Below are positions 35,311 to 48,498 of a stretch of 64,000 bases of DNA, in pieces. The position numbers and the translations under genes are program-made. Under the pieces are notes generated by a model. That model did not search any database, was not told where the DNA came from, and saw nothing but the letters and a program-made list of their open reading frames with translations. This stretch comes from Saccharolobus islandicus REY15A (GTDB lineage Archaea; Thermoproteota; Thermoprotei_A; Sulfolobales; Sulfolobaceae). The stretch is from the NCBI RefSeq assembly GCF_000189555.1, contig NC_017276.1. The stretch is one strand, 5' to 3'. Every line of letters starts with the position of its first letter. Positions within the stretch are counted from its first letter, which is position 1.

Positions 35311-35323
35311 TAGGTGAGTGTTC

Positions 35324-37126
35324 GTGAGAGTTGCCGTAATAAATTATGACTTTTGTAAGCCAGATAAATGTAACTTAGAATGTATAAACTTCTGTCCTGT
35401 TGACAGATCTGGAGGAAAAGCAATAGAACTATCGGACATTGTTAAAGGGAAACCAGTAATTTATGAAGAAACCTGTATAGGTTGTGGAATATGTGTGAAG
35501 AAATGTCCATACGAAGCGATATCGATTGTAAACTTGCCAGACGAGTTGGAAGGGGAGGTTATACACAGATACAAAGTAAATGGATTTAAATTGTTTGGCT
35601 TACCAACGCCTAAAAATAATACGATATTAGGAGTATTAGGAAAGAATGGAGTAGGGAAAACTACAGTGCTTAAAATAGTGGCTGGTGAATTAATTCCGAA
35701 TTTTGGTGATCCTAATTCCAAATTAGGTAAGGATGAAGTATTAAAAAAGTTTAGAGGTAAGGAATTATATAATTATTTTAAGGAATTATATAATAATGGG
35801 CTAAAAATAATACATAAGATTCAATACGTTGAGTACGCTTCAAAATTCCTTAAAGGTACAGTAAACGAAATTTTGACAAAGATAGACGAAAGAGGGAAAA
35901 AAGATGAAGTTAAAGAACTTCTAAATATGGCTAATCTTTGGAATAAGGATGCTAATGTACTTTCTGGAGGAGGTCTTCAACGATTATTAATAGCTGTTTC
36001 ACTATTAAGAGAAGCAGATGTATATATATTTGACGAACCTTCCTCTTATCTAGATGTTAGGGAAAGAATGAATATGGCTAAAGCAATTAGAGAATTACTA
36101 AAGAATAAATATGTTATGGTTGTTGATCATGACTTGATAGTTTTAGATTATCTTACAGATCTGATACACATAATTTATGGAGAAAGTTCAGTATATGGAA
36201 GGGTATCAAAATCTTATGCAGCGAGAGTTGGCATAAATAATTTTCTAAAAGGATATTTACCAGCGGAAAATATGAAAATAAGACCAGACGAAATAAGGTT
36301 TATGCTAAAAGAGATTAGTGATTTAGATCTCTCTAAAGATCTAAAAACAAAAATGAAATGGACTAAGATAATCAAGAAGTTAGGTGATTTTCAGCTAGTA
36401 GTAAATGAAGGGGAGGCTAAAGAGGGAGAAATAATCGGAATTTTAGGACCAAACGGGATAGGAAAGACAACTTTTGCAAGAATATTAGTTGGTGAAATTT
36501 CAGCAGATGAAGGCTCTGTAACTCCTGAAAAACAAATATTATCTTATAAACCACAACGAATTTTACCTAATTACGATGGAACTGTTCAACAGTACTTAGA
36601 AAACGTAAGCAAAGATGCACTTTCTACGTCATCATGGTTCTTCGAAGAAGTAACTAAGAGACTTAACTTACATAGGTTACTAGAGTCTAATGTGAATGAT
36701 CTAAGTGGAGGTGAGTTACAGAAATTGTATATAGCAGCAACTTTAGCGAAAGAGGCTGATCTTTATGTTTTAGATGAACCTTCTTCTTATCTTGATGTAG
36801 AAGAGAGGTATATCGTTGCTAAAGCTATAAAGAGAGTTGTGAGAGAGAGAAAAGCAGTAACCTTTATCATAGATCATGATCTTTCAATACATGACTATAT
36901 AGCGGATAGAATTATTGTTTTCAAAGGAGAGCCAGAGAAAGCTGGATTTGCTACATCTCCAGTAACACTAAAAACGGGAATGAACGAATTTTTGAGAGAA
37001 TTAGAGGTAACGTTCAGAAGAGATGCTGAGACTGGAAGACCTAGAGTAAATAAAATCGGAAGTTACTTAGATAGGGTCCAGAAAGAAAGAGGAGAGTATT
37101 ACTCCATGGTTCTTTCTACCCAGTAA
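35324..37126 (+). CDS. rli: Ribosome recycling ATPase ABCE1/RLI
   Basis: Two Fe-S Cys clusters and two ABC domains; GGTGA SD 6 nt before GTG 35324 (MRVAVIN). Confidence 0.97.
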   Translation: MRVAVINYDFCKPDKCNLECINFCPVDRSGGKAIELSDIVKGKPVIYEETCIGCGICVKKCPYEAISIVNLPDELEGEVIHRYKVNGFKLFGLPTPKNNTILGVLGKNGVGKTTVLKIVAGELIPNFGDPNSKLGKDEVLKKFRGKELYNYFKELYNNGLKIIHKIQYVEYASKFLKGTVNEILTKIDERGKKDEVKELLNMANLWNKDANVLSGGGLQRLLIAVSLLREADVYIFDEPSSYLDVRERMNMAKAIRELLKNKYVMVVDHDLIVLDYLTDLIHIIYGESSVYGRVSKSYAARVGINNFLKGYLPAENMKIRPDEIRFMLKEISDLDLSKDLKTKMKWTKIIKKLGDFQLVVNEGEAKEGEIIGILGPNGIGKTTFARILVGEISADEGSVTPEKQILSYKPQRILPNYDGTVQQYLENVSKDALSTSSWFFEEVTKRLNLHRLLESNVNDLSGGELQKLYIAATLAKEADLYVLDEPSSYLDVEERYIVAKAIKRVVRERKAVTFIIDHDLSIHDYIADRIIVFKGEPEKAGFATSPVTLKTGMNEFLRELEVTFRRDAETGRPRVNKIGSYLDRVQKERGEYYSMVLSTQ

Positions 37127-37157
37127 GATTTTTAGTTATGTATATCTAAATTAAATT

Positions 37158-38306
37158 ATGAAAACTACACTTAGTGTGATCAAAGCCGATATAGGAAGCC
37201 TAGCTGGACATCATGTTGTTCATCCTGATACTATAGCTGCAGCTAATAAGATATTAGCAGAAGCTAAAAGGAATAACGTAATTTCCGATTATTACATAAC
37301 TTATGTTGGAGACGATTTACAATTAATAATGACTCATAATAGAGGAGAACTAGATACTAAAGTTCATGAAACAGCCTGGAATGCCTTTAAAGAAGCTGCG
37401 AAAGTAGCTAAGGATTTAGGATTATATGCTGCAGGGCAAGATTTGCTTTCAGATTCTTTTTCTGGCAATCTTAGAGGAATGGGTCCTGGAATTGCTGAAA
37501 TGGAATTTGAGGAGAGACCTGCTGAACCAGTGGTTATTTTTATGGCTGATAAGACTGAGCCTGGTGCATATAATCTACCATTATATAAAATATTTGCAGA
37601 CCCATTCAATACTGCTGGGCTAGTAATAGATCCAACAATGCATGAAGGATATAAATTTGAAGTTTTAGATGTATATGAAGGAGAGTCAATAATTTTAAAC
37701 ACACCAGAAGAGACTTACGATCTACTTGCGTTAATAGGAACCCCTAGCAGGTACATTGTTAGAAGAGTTTATAGAAAGGCCGATAATTTACAAGCCTCAG
37801 TTGTTTCTGTAGAAAGATTGAATCTAATAGCTGGCAAATACGTAGGCAAAGACGATCCAGTTATGGTAGTAAGAGCTCAACACGGTTTGCCTGCGTTAGG
37901 AGAAATCTTAGAAGCATTTACAGTACCTTATTTGGTACCGGGGTGGATGAGAGGTAGTCACTATGGACCTCTTATGCCAGTATCACAAAAGGATGCGAGA
38001 GCCACAAGGTTCGATGGTCCTCCTAGGTTAGTAGGTTTAGGATTTAACATCAAAAATGGGAAACTAGTAGGGCCTACTGATTTATTTGATGATCCTGCAT
38101 TTGATGAGGTAAGGAGAACAGCTGTAATAATTGCAGATTACATTAGGAAACATGGCCCATTTATGCCTCATAGATTAGAGCCACAAGAAATGGAGTACAC
38201 CACACTCCCATTAGTAATAGAGAAGTTGAAGAATAGATTTAAGAAAGAGACAGATATGTATAAAACTAAACCAAGCGTATATTCACACGAAAGTTCGCAT
38301 GAATAA
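37158..38306 (+). CDS. fbp: Bifunctional fructose-1,6-bisphosphate aldolase/phosphatase
   Basis: [32 protein letters not shown]. Confidence 0.96.
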
Positions 38307-38316
38307 GGTGATTCAA

Positions 38317-38556
38317 ATGGGTAATATATACACTAAAGATATAAAAAGAATAGTAAAGGAGATATATAACCAATATAAAGATGAAATAAAAGATGATTAT
38401 AATACAAATAAACAAATAGTTGTTAGGTATGTTGATGTAAAGTCAAAGAAAGTGAGGAACAGAATAGCGGGATATCTTACAAGGTATTATAAAATCATGA
38501 AAGAAAAAGAGACTTCTCCAACTGAAGAGAAGGAGGAAATATCAGAAGAGATCTAG
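38317..38556 (+). CDS. rps17e: 30S ribosomal protein eS17
   Basis: [19 protein letters not shown]; GGTGA SD. Confidence 0.95.
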
Positions 38557-38557
38557 A

Positions 38558-38809
38558 ATGCCGAAAGTGATATTAAAGGGACCACTGGTTTCTCAACTTA
38601 ATTGCAGAGAAATAGACGTCAGTGATAAAGAACTTTTCAATGTATTACTGAAGATAGATGGCGAGAAGCATCTAATATTGAACCATAATAATCAAATAAA
38701 ATCTGGAATTCTAATATTAATAAATGGAAAAGACTGGAGATTATATAATGATCAATTTTTAAATGAAAATGATATCATTGAGATAATACCCATAAATCAT
38801 GGTGGTTAG
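38558..38809 (+). CDS. Ubiquitin-like Urm1/SAMP (MoaD/ThiS fold)
   Basis: LILINGKD and C-terminal IIPINHGG di-glycine. Confidence 0.9.
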   Translation: MPKVILKGPLVSQLNCREIDVSDKELFNVLLKIDGEKHLILNHNNQIKSGILILINGKDWRLYNDQFLNENDIIEIIPINHGG

Positions 38810-38811
38810 AG

Positions 38812-39210
38812 ATATCGAAGGTTCAAGTAAGTAAGTTAGATAAGATAGACGTTGCTAAAGTTAATAACTTAATTAAAAACGACAATAATTATGTTAGTCA
38901 AGTCTTACCTATCGTACCGTTTGAAGGGGTGCTAAGACAAGCTTGCTTTTTATACTTCAACTATAATACAACTAGAAATAAGATAAAGAGTTCAACTATG
39001 TTTTTCTTACTTCTCCTATTACCATATGAACAAATAAAGGATGCATTAAATTACATTAGAAGTGAAATCGGTAAGGTGAATGAGTTGTATTTAATAGAAT
39101 GTAAAAAGGCTGTTAGTACTAAAGAAGACTACTTACCATATCAAATTGTAGGAAATAAAGAAAGATTAATTTTAACTAAGAACGCATTACTTTTAATCGA
39201 CTCGCTGTAG
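38812..39210 (+). CDS. Probable KEOPS Cgi121-like protein; likely ATA start
   Basis: Frame open from 38782 with no ATG/GTG/TTG before 38929. GGTGG SD at 38801-38805, 6 nt before an in-frame ATA at 38812. Family call rests on the known Sulfolobales gene order. Confidence 0.55.
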   Translation: MSKVQVSKLDKIDVAKVNNLIKNDNNYVSQVLPIVPFEGVLRQACFLYFNYNTTRNKIKSSTMFFLLLLLPYEQIKDALNYIRSEIGKVNELYLIECKKAVSTKEDYLPYQIVGNKERLILTKNALLLIDSL

Positions 39211-39236
39211 TTAATAATCATAAAACTCGTTACAAG

Positions 39237-40858
39237 ATGAATAAAAATCTTTGGGTTCCTATATTACTCATAGTTCTAGGAATTGGTATTCTGTTTCATA
39301 ATTTAATTAATATTAACTTAGTGTTTTTCATGGTACCAATTATAATAGTGATAATTATTTCGTTTATTTTTAGAAATTCTTTAAAATTACATATAAATAA
39401 ATATATTCTAAAAAATGGAATCTTCCAAATCGTTTACGACAATACTTGTGTTTGTGGTGTTGCTATGAAAATAACAGGTAAAATTGAACCAACTTCGAAT
39501 AAAAACGATATAGAAAAAGAACTTAAAGACTTTATAAATGCGATAGCTAGAAAAGACTCTGAATTTAAGTTCACAATATTCACTATAGTAGAAAAAAATA
39601 AAGTAGGTTCTTCAATTATAATTTATAAGATATTAGAGAATTCTGCTGATACAGGACTAGATAGTTTTATGGAAGAAGTAAATAATTTATTGGTGCTAGC
39701 AAAAGCCATAGCTCCGCATTTAGAGTTTAAAGTTGTTCAACCATCAAAAAACGTACTTCCAATTCCAATGACCTTTGGGAACTACCCTTTTTTAACGGTG
39801 TCAGAGATAACCTACACCAATCCTATTAACTCTAATAATATTGTATCTGAGGATTTTGACGTAGAGATAGGAGAGGCTACCAATGGAACAGTAACATCAA
39901 AGGTAGGTATAAGAGTAAAGGACATAACAAGACATATAGGCATATTTGGGAGTACTGGATCTGGAAAGACAAATACGGCGATACTTTTAGCTTCTCAATT
40001 GCACACCAAAGGTGTTAAGGTGATTATATTGGATTGGCATGGTGAATATGCTCAATTCCTTAAAAACGATTTTAGAGTTTATGATGAGGAAACTATAGTA
40101 AAAATAAATCCGTTGCACTTGATAGATCTGGACGTAGAGGATACAGTAGATATTATTGGAGATGTTTTACAATTAACAGATCCACAACGATTTTTACTTT
40201 ATACTATATTATTAAAACTAAAAAGTTATAGAAAATTCTCAATTAATCAGTTATTAGAAGTTATTAATAATATTGAGGATACCTCATACTGGATGAGAGA
40301 CGTAAAATATGCGTTGCTTAGAAAAATATTTATCTTATTTATACCGACTGCTTCAAAATTATTTTCTACTATAGATGAAATTTCCCTTAATGAGTTCCCA
40401 GACTATTTGATGACTTCTACAATCATAAACTTAGGATTTATTTCGAATCTTAAACTTAGGAAATTGTATTCATTATTCCTAATAAAACTTATAGTGGAAA
40501 GTTATATAAGATATAAGATAACTCAACAGACTCTTGTCATTCTAGATGAAGCTCAAAATTATTTCAATAAGGAAGGAAACGAATTTATAGATAGATTAGC
40601 CTCTGAGATCAGAAAATATAATATAGGCCTATGCTTTATTACACAATCGCCTTCACTACTTTCACAGAATGTGTTAAAAAATACAAATATCAAGATTATT
40701 CATTCAATAAAATCTGATATTGATAAGAAGGCTATTAGAGATACGTTATCACTTGATGAAAGGCTTACACAAAGTTTAGATAAACTAGACGTAGGCGAGG
40801 CAGTAATAAGCGCGCCAAATCTAAAAGTTCCTATAATAATTAAAATTAAAAAAATGTC

Positions 40859-40862
<4 letters not shown>
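39237..40862 (+). CDS. Membrane-anchored HerA/VirD4-like ATPase (probable CedD)
   Basis: Two N-terminal TM helices, IFGSTGSGKT, VILDEAQ; beside thermosome beta and tfb3. Confidence 0.8.
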
Positions 40863-42517
<1,655 letters not shown>

Positions 42518-42572
42518 TTTACGCACCTTCCACTCTGTCTTAAAAAAAGGTTATATAAAAATTTTACTCAAA

Positions 42573-43085
42573 TCAGATCCGATCACTTTCTTCGTTGAGT
42601 TTATCGAAAATTAATGTTAAACGTTTCCTACTAATTCTTTTAAGTCTTTTTCTAAGATTTTCATTTTTTATACCAAATTCCTTCAATTGATGCAAATATC
42701 GATCATTTAATGCAAATCTAAAATAAATTAGAAGACCTAGTTTACTTTTAGCTTTTAAACCACTCAAAATACCCTCGTCATATAACACTTTATATATTTT
42801 TTTATATTGAGCATCAAGTAACATAGATCTTAAGATAATTTCATATTGATCTGTTTTCTTGTTTTCAATACGATTCTTCTTTAAGAAAGTCTTAATTCTT
42901 AATTCTTTAATTAAGATATCATCTTTATAGAACTTATTGCTTATTATGATTGTCTCTGTACTCTCTGATTCATTTCGCCCACTATAGTAAATATTATCAA
43001 TAATTATACCACAATTACTACATACAACTTCCCCGTTCTTATTATCCCAAACTATTTCGTTTGAACCACATGCAGGACATTCCAT
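42573..43085 (-). CDS. tfb3: Truncated TFB paralogue TFB3
   Basis: CPACG...CSNCG TFIIB Zn ribbon, only 170 aa with no cyclin repeat pair. Confidence 0.85.
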   Translation of the reverse strand: MECPACGSNEIVWDNKNGEVVCSNCGIIIDNIYYSGRNESESTETIIISNKFYKDDILIKELRIKTFLKKNRIENKKTDQYEIILRSMLLDAQYKKIYKVLYDEGILSGLKAKSKLGLLIYFRFALNDRYLHQLKEFGIKNENLRKRLKRISRKRLTLIFDKLNEESDRI

Positions 43086-43139
43086 ATGAAAACAATAACT
43101 TTTATGGGGAATATACTTATTTTTGATAATGTGACTATA

Positions 43140-43508
43140 ATGTCTGAGAAAGCTGAAACTACTTTAGAGAAGATATATTTAGCATTAAGCTCATCTAAAC
43201 AGTTACCTAGTGAGATCATTTATCTTGTAAATTGGGATAAAGTTGATGTATTTGTTGACTTGAAGCAGAGAGGAAGAGTTACAATTGACGGTATAGATGA
43301 ACAATCGCTTATAATAAAGGACAAGGAAAATGGAAAATATACTGCTATGGTTTTAATAGTAGATGAAAATGAAAAGGTAAGTTTTAAGAAAATATTAGAT
43401 AAACTACATCAGTCGAAATCAATGAATTTAGAACTTTATCTTTCAATTGTTGATAAATATGGGGATGTAACATATTACACAATATCTGAGATAAAAATGT
43501 CAAAGTGA
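43140..43508 (+). CDS. tRNA splicing endonuclease structural subunit
   Basis: C-terminal SIVDKYGDVTYY motif and no catalytic His/Tyr/Lys set recognised; ATG 43140 preferred to leave promoter space. Confidence 0.75.
   Translation: MSEKAETTLEKIYLALSSSKQLPSEIIYLVNWDKVDVFVDLKQRGRVTIDGIDEQSLIIKDKENGKYTAMVLIVDENEKVSFKKILDKLHQSKSMNLELYLSIVDKYGDVTYYTISEIKMSK
43151..43163 (-). promoter_or_regulatory. Candidate DNA-damage-responsive ANTTTC element of tfb3
   Basis: Minus-strand AGTAGTTTCAGCT, ~37 nt upstream of a TATA-like AAGTATAT (43111-43118). Confidence 0.4.
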
Positions 43509-43514
43509 CTTAAC

Positions 43515-44795
43515 ATGACAAAATTTGAAACAGTAAGAGGTATGAAAGACTATATTGGAATCGACGCAGAAAAAATTAGATATTTAGAATCTACCTTCAG
43601 AGACTTAGCAATAAAATATGGATATTCTGAAATTATAACTCCAGTAGTAGAAGAATTTAAACTGTTTGCGTTGAAGGGCGGGGAGGAGTTAAGGGAAACC
43701 ATGTATGTGTTTAAGGATAAGGCAGATAGAGAGTTATCATTAAGGCCTGAAATAACACCAAGTGTAGCAAGAGCTTATATACAAAACTTACAGAGTTCAC
43801 CCAAGCCGATAAGACTATTCTACTTTGGTACCGTTTATAGATATGATGAACCGCAATATGGCAGATATAGAGAATTTAGACAAGCTGGAATAGAGATGAT
43901 AGGTGATTCTTCTATCTTAGCTGATCTAGAAGTACTAGACTTGTTATATAATTTTTATGATAAGCTTAATCTTTCTAATGATATAACTATTAAAATAAAT
44001 AATATTGGCATATTTAGAAAAATAATGGACAAATATAATATTGAAGATAATTTACAAGAGCACATCTTGCATCTAATAGATAAGAACGAGATTAACGAAG
44101 CTCTAGATATCCTTGAAAAAAACCTAAAGAATAAAGATATAATAGACTTTTTTAATAAGATTCTAACTAAGAAGGATACAAAGCTAGAAGATATAGAGTC
44201 CCTAGCTGAATTAGAGGAAGTTTCAAGACTAGATATTAAAAGTGAATTTTTATATCTATTTCGATTGTCTAGGATTCTAAGCAACTTAAATATAAAATTT
44301 AAGATTGACTTAGGTTTTGTAAGAGGATTGGCATATTATACTGGATTAATATTTGAGGTTCTTCATCCCTCGGTACAGTTTAGTATTGCCGGAGGAGGTA
44401 GATATGATAAACTTATAGAACTTTATGGTGGCTTACCCTCACCTGCAATAGGATTTGCAATAGGAGTTGAGAGAACTTTATTAGTAATTAAAGACTTGAA
44501 AGTTGAAGAACCAGTAAATGTAATAGTAATAGGCATGTCAGAAGATACAATTCCATCCATGTTTATGGTATCGAGGATATTAAGAAAAGAAGAATATAAG
44601 GTAGTAATAAACACTAAAGATCAGCCTCTTTCAAAGCTATTACCTTACTACGCCTCACAAGGATTTAAAGTCGCGATAATAATAGGTAAGCAAGAATTGG
44701 AGAAAAATATGATAACTGTTAGAAATTTAATTACACGAAAACAGATTTCCGTTCCACTAGAGAACATTGAAGATGCAATAAAACAAACGTTATAA
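43515..44795 (+). CDS. hisS: Histidyl-tRNA synthetase
   Basis: LRPEITPS, GRYREFRQ, VRGLAYYTG, GGGRYD. Confidence 0.97.
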   Translation: MTKFETVRGMKDYIGIDAEKIRYLESTFRDLAIKYGYSEIITPVVEEFKLFALKGGEELRETMYVFKDKADRELSLRPEITPSVARAYIQNLQSSPKPIRLFYFGTVYRYDEPQYGRYREFRQAGIEMIGDSSILADLEVLDLLYNFYDKLNLSNDITIKINNIGIFRKIMDKYNIEDNLQEHILHLIDKNEINEALDILEKNLKNKDIIDFFNKILTKKDTKLEDIESLAELEEVSRLDIKSEFLYLFRLSRILSNLNIKFKIDLGFVRGLAYYTGLIFEVLHPSVQFSIAGGGRYDKLIELYGGLPSPAIGFAIGVERTLLVIKDLKVEEPVNVIVIGMSEDTIPSMFMVSRILRKEEYKVVINTKDQPLSKLLPYYASQGFKVAIIIGKQELEKNMITVRNLITRKQISVPLENIEDAIKQTL

Positions 44796-44830
44796 ATGGC
44801 ATTTAGAAGTATATTTATGGGTAAACTAAC

Positions 44831-45421
44831 ATGGAAGAATTGCCTGCAACTGCTATTGGTTTAAAGGTAAATGATGGAATTGTATTAGCTTCTGAAAGAC
44901 GATTAAGCTATGGTGGTTATGTACTAAGTAAACAAGCGAAGAAAGTACATAAAATAGGTAAATTTCTCATGGCGGGGGCCGGAATATATGGCGACTTACA
45001 GACTTTGACGAGAATAATGAATGTAGAAATAAAGTACTATGAGATTTCAACTGGTAAACCAATTTCTGTTCACGCTGCAGCTAAATTACTTTCAGTAATA
45101 CTATATCAGTATAAAGTAATGCCGTTCATTTCAGAGATTCTATTCGGTGGAGTGGATGAAAAAGGACCACAACTTTATGTATTAGACCCTATAGGTTCAT
45201 TAATTGAAGATAACTACGCTGCAGTGGGATCGGGAGCCAGGATCGCTATAGGAGTTCTTGAATCTGAATATGATCCTAATATGAATTTAGACATAGCAGC
45301 ACAATTAATAACAAAGGCGATAAAAGCATCTATAGAACGTGATATCACATCTGGAGATGGAATAGATTTAGCGATAATGGATAAGAAAGGAAACTATGAA
45401 AACAAATTCATCCCATACTAA
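44831..45421 (+). CDS. psmB: Proteasome beta subunit
   Basis: [23 protein letters not shown]; N-terminus ATAIG rather than TTTVG. Confidence 0.93.
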
Positions 45422-45816
45422 GTATTTTTCTTCACACAGAAGTAAATATGATCCATAACATTTAATTGATGTGTTTTAAGAAAGCTTTCTTTATTGCTTA
45501 TTATCTTTACTAGCAATCCAAATAATGAAATTATCGTTGTATATCTATTTCCGTTGTTTGAAGAAGAATCTTTGAGCTCAGTAACTATATAGCCGTGTCC
45601 ACAGAAGTCATCATTAGTATATGATAGCCTATTTTTAGAAATGATAGCCTTCACTTTTTCTTTTTGGCTAAATATATTGATACTATCAATTATATCAAAA
45701 CTTATATTAAAGTCGTTGCAAGACATGTGTATTATGGATAAATTCTTTAGGCTACCTCTTTCAATACTATTTATTTCACAACTTAGAATTATTTCTTGTG
45801 CCTTTGATTCCATCAT
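45418..45816 (-). CDS. rpo8: RNA polymerase subunit Rpo8 (RpoG)
   Basis: OB-fold with FCGHGYIV and [10 protein letters not shown], matching the recalled Sulfolobales Rpo8. Confidence 0.85.
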
Positions 45817-45862
45817 ATTACTATTTAAGTTTTAATTTATTAACGTTATTGGGGACTATAAT

Positions 45863-46303
45863 ATGAGTAGTGGAAGAAGAATCTCGAGCGAATTGAATAA
45901 TCTAATAGATAAGACTATTATTGTAAAAACAACTAATGGAAAAACGTATACTGGTCAACTTTATGCATATGAACTTTCACCATTTATTATTAGTTTAACA
46001 AATGTTAAAGATGATAATAATAACACTTTCTATAAGTTAATGATAAATGGAAATACAATTTCTGAGATAATAATTAAGAATCCTCCTCTATTTGAGCCAA
46101 GAGAGTTTGCAGAATTAGTTGAAAAATCCTTAAATTTAAGGCCAGCTGATATAAAAGTTTACGAAGAGACAGGAGTAGTGACAATTCTGGAGAGAATTAA
46201 AGTATCACAAAATGGAGTAGAAGGAAGTGGGCCAATGGCCCAAAGAATTTACGATCTATACAACGATTATATAAATAAAAAGAAAAAGGAATTAGGTCTA
46301 TGA
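45863..46303 (+). CDS. Sm-like protein with C-terminal extension (SmAP3)
   Basis: Sm1/Sm2 pattern ([17 protein letters not shown]) plus a ~70-aa C-domain. Confidence 0.85.
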   Translation: MSSGRRISSELNNLIDKTIIVKTTNGKTYTGQLYAYELSPFIISLTNVKDDNNNTFYKLMINGNTISEIIIKNPPLFEPREFAELVEKSLNLRPADIKVYEETGVVTILERIKVSQNGVEGSGPMAQRIYDLYNDYINKKKKELGL

Positions 46304-47808
46304 CCGTATTTGAAGTGAAATACGAAGATTTGGCAGGAAGAATAGGAATCTTAAAAACAAGAAGCGGTAACTTAGAAACTCCAGTATTCTTTCCAGTAAT
46401 TAATATATTAAAAGATGAAATATCAATAGATGAGATTAAAAATATGGGATTTAAAAATTTTATCACAAATTCGTATATATTATATAAAAATAAATATATA
46501 AAAGATGATATACATAAGGAGCTAAACTCTGAAGATATGATCATAATGACGGATTCGGGAGCATATCAAATTCTAGAATATGGGGACATAGGAATAACCA
46601 ATTATGAGATAGTGAATTATCAGCTCAAGATAAAACCGGACATTGGGGTAATATTAGATTTACCTACCGGAAATACAAATGATTATGAAAATGCTAAAAT
46701 AACAGTATATGAGACTTTAAAGAGAATAGAAGAAGCATCAAAAATCATAGTAAAAAATCAAGATAACAATATTATTTGGGTATATCCGATACAAGGAGGA
46801 AAATATCTTGATCTAGTTAAGACTTCTGCTGAAGGATTATCTAAATTTGAAGACATATACAATATGGTTGCGCTTGGTAGTCCAACAGTTCTCTTAGAGC
46901 GGTACATGTATGATACCGTAATTGACATGATTTATACTGCTAAATCTAACATAAAAAGAGGAATTCCGTTTCATTTATTCGGAGGAGGGTTACCTCATAT
47001 CATTCCATTTGCAGTAGCATTAGGAGTAGATAGCTTTGACTCTGCCTCATATATAATATATGCTAGAGATAATAGATATATTACTAGGACACGTGTATAC
47101 AAATTAGAGGATTTAGAATATTTTCCATGTTCTTGTCCAATATGTTCTAAATACACACCTAAAGATTTACTTGAAATGAATGAGGAAGAAAGAACAAGAG
47201 CATTAGCTATTCATAACCTTTATACTATTTTAGAAGAATTCAAAGCAACTAAACAAGCAATTAAGGAAGGAAGACTATTTGAATATCTTCAAGAAAAAGC
47301 TTACTCTCATCCTGCAGTATATTCTGCATTCAAAAGATTGATAAAATATAAAGACTATTTAGAAAAATATGACCCTAGAATAAGGGGAGATCCAAAAGGT
47401 TTGTTTTTATTTGATAATAACTCTTTACATAGGCCAGAAATCATACGTCACTCGAGATTTTTGGAAAGGTATGTGCAAAAGAAAGATAAAGTAGCTATAT
47501 ATTGCTATGATAAGGCGATAAGCGATACTGCCTATGATTATATTAAAAGTATAAAGGAAAGAATAACTGATCATAATAGTAGTGACATATTTATAGCGAT
47601 ACCGTTTTTTGGTTTAATACCGTTAGAGGTCTCGGACTCTTATCCACTATCTCAATTCGAGATTCCAAACGAAATAGATGAAGACGTAATAGCCGACATG
47701 AAAACTAAAATCGTTTCGTTCTTAAGATGTAAAAATTACCAAAAAGTAGAGTTAGTAAACTGTGAAAAACTAGGTTTACATATAGACTCTATCAGCACTT
47801 CCTCTTGA
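46300..47808 (+). CDS. tgtA: Archaeosine tRNA-guanine(15) transglycosylase
   Basis: [30 protein letters not shown]...HN. Confidence 0.95.
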   Translation: MTVFEVKYEDLAGRIGILKTRSGNLETPVFFPVINILKDEISIDEIKNMGFKNFITNSYILYKNKYIKDDIHKELNSEDMIIMTDSGAYQILEYGDIGITNYEIVNYQLKIKPDIGVILDLPTGNTNDYENAKITVYETLKRIEEASKIIVKNQDNNIIWVYPIQGGKYLDLVKTSAEGLSKFEDIYNMVALGSPTVLLERYMYDTVIDMIYTAKSNIKRGIPFHLFGGGLPHIIPFAVALGVDSFDSASYIIYARDNRYITRTRVYKLEDLEYFPCSCPICSKYTPKDLLEMNEEERTRALAIHNLYTILEEFKATKQAIKEGRLFEYLQEKAYSHPAVYSAFKRLIKYKDYLEKYDPRIRGDPKGLFLFDNNSLHRPEIIRHSRFLERYVQKKDKVAIYCYDKAISDTAYDYIKSIKERITDHNSSDIFIAIPFFGLIPLEVSDSYPLSQFEIPNEIDEDVIADMKTKIVSFLRCKNYQKVELVNCEKLGLHIDSISTSS

Positions 47809-48498
47809 TAATTCTTTCTGCAATAACTCCATTTGTTTTTGTAAATCCTCTTCTATTCTTTTTGCCTCTTCGTATAATTCATCTACACTAACGTTTAAGC
47901 TAAGCATTTTATTTAAAACTTCTATTGCAGTTGCAGCTGCTACTGGATCTGTCCTTTCACGATCTGCGTATGGTAACAAAACTAATGCTGGCAAGTCTTC
48001 AATTTCAGAATGTAAAGTGAATAAAGCTAATGGACCTACCATTAGTAATTGTTTGTCTAATTGAGGGTAATCTAAATTCAAACTGCATTTTGATGTTTTT
48101 AGCCATTTTAAACTCTCATTTCCAACTTTATACCTTTTATCTAGTGCTCCTACTAGAAGTATATTATTAATCGATAATTTCTTAATCCATTTTATAACTT
48201 CTGAAGCGAAATCATTCCACTCACGTTGAAACGGTAAAATATGATTAAGTAATAGTACTAAATGTTTATCCTTGTCATAAAATATATCAAAAGGTGTTGC
48301 GATACCGTAATCATCTACAAACGTGACGTCTCTATAATATTTAGTTACAACATACCCTATTCTTTCCATTTTTCTTTTTAAGGCTAAATGTCTTATTGCT
48401 AAATAGCCTACCTCCCCTATAGTTCTAAATCCAGTTATAAATGTAGAACCTTTTAGCTCACTTAAGTCTTTCTTTATTATTATCTTAACATTACTCAT
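47776..48498 (-). CDS. PAC2-family proteasome assembly chaperone
   Basis: [26 protein letters not shown]. Confidence 0.88.
   Translation of the reverse strand: MSNVKIIIKKDLSELKGSTFITGFRTIGEVGYLAIRHLALKRKMERIGYVVTKYYRDVTFVDDYGIATPFDIFYDKDKHLVLLLNHILPFQREWNDFASEVIKWIKKLSINNILLVGALDKRYKVGNESLKWLKTSKCSLNLDYPQLDKQLLMVGPLALFTLHSEIEDLPALVLLPYADRERTDPVAAATAIEVLNKMLSLNVSVDELYEEAKRIEEDLQKQMELLQKELSRGSADRVYM

Noticed and set aside
35067-35423. 118-aa minus-strand ORF
   Set aside because: It is antisense to the ABCE1 start and to the better-supported plus-strand small ORF; no motif.
43086-43139. Track start of the endonuclease subunit at 43086
   Set aside because: It would leave no promoter space with the divergent tfb3; ATG 43140 preferred.
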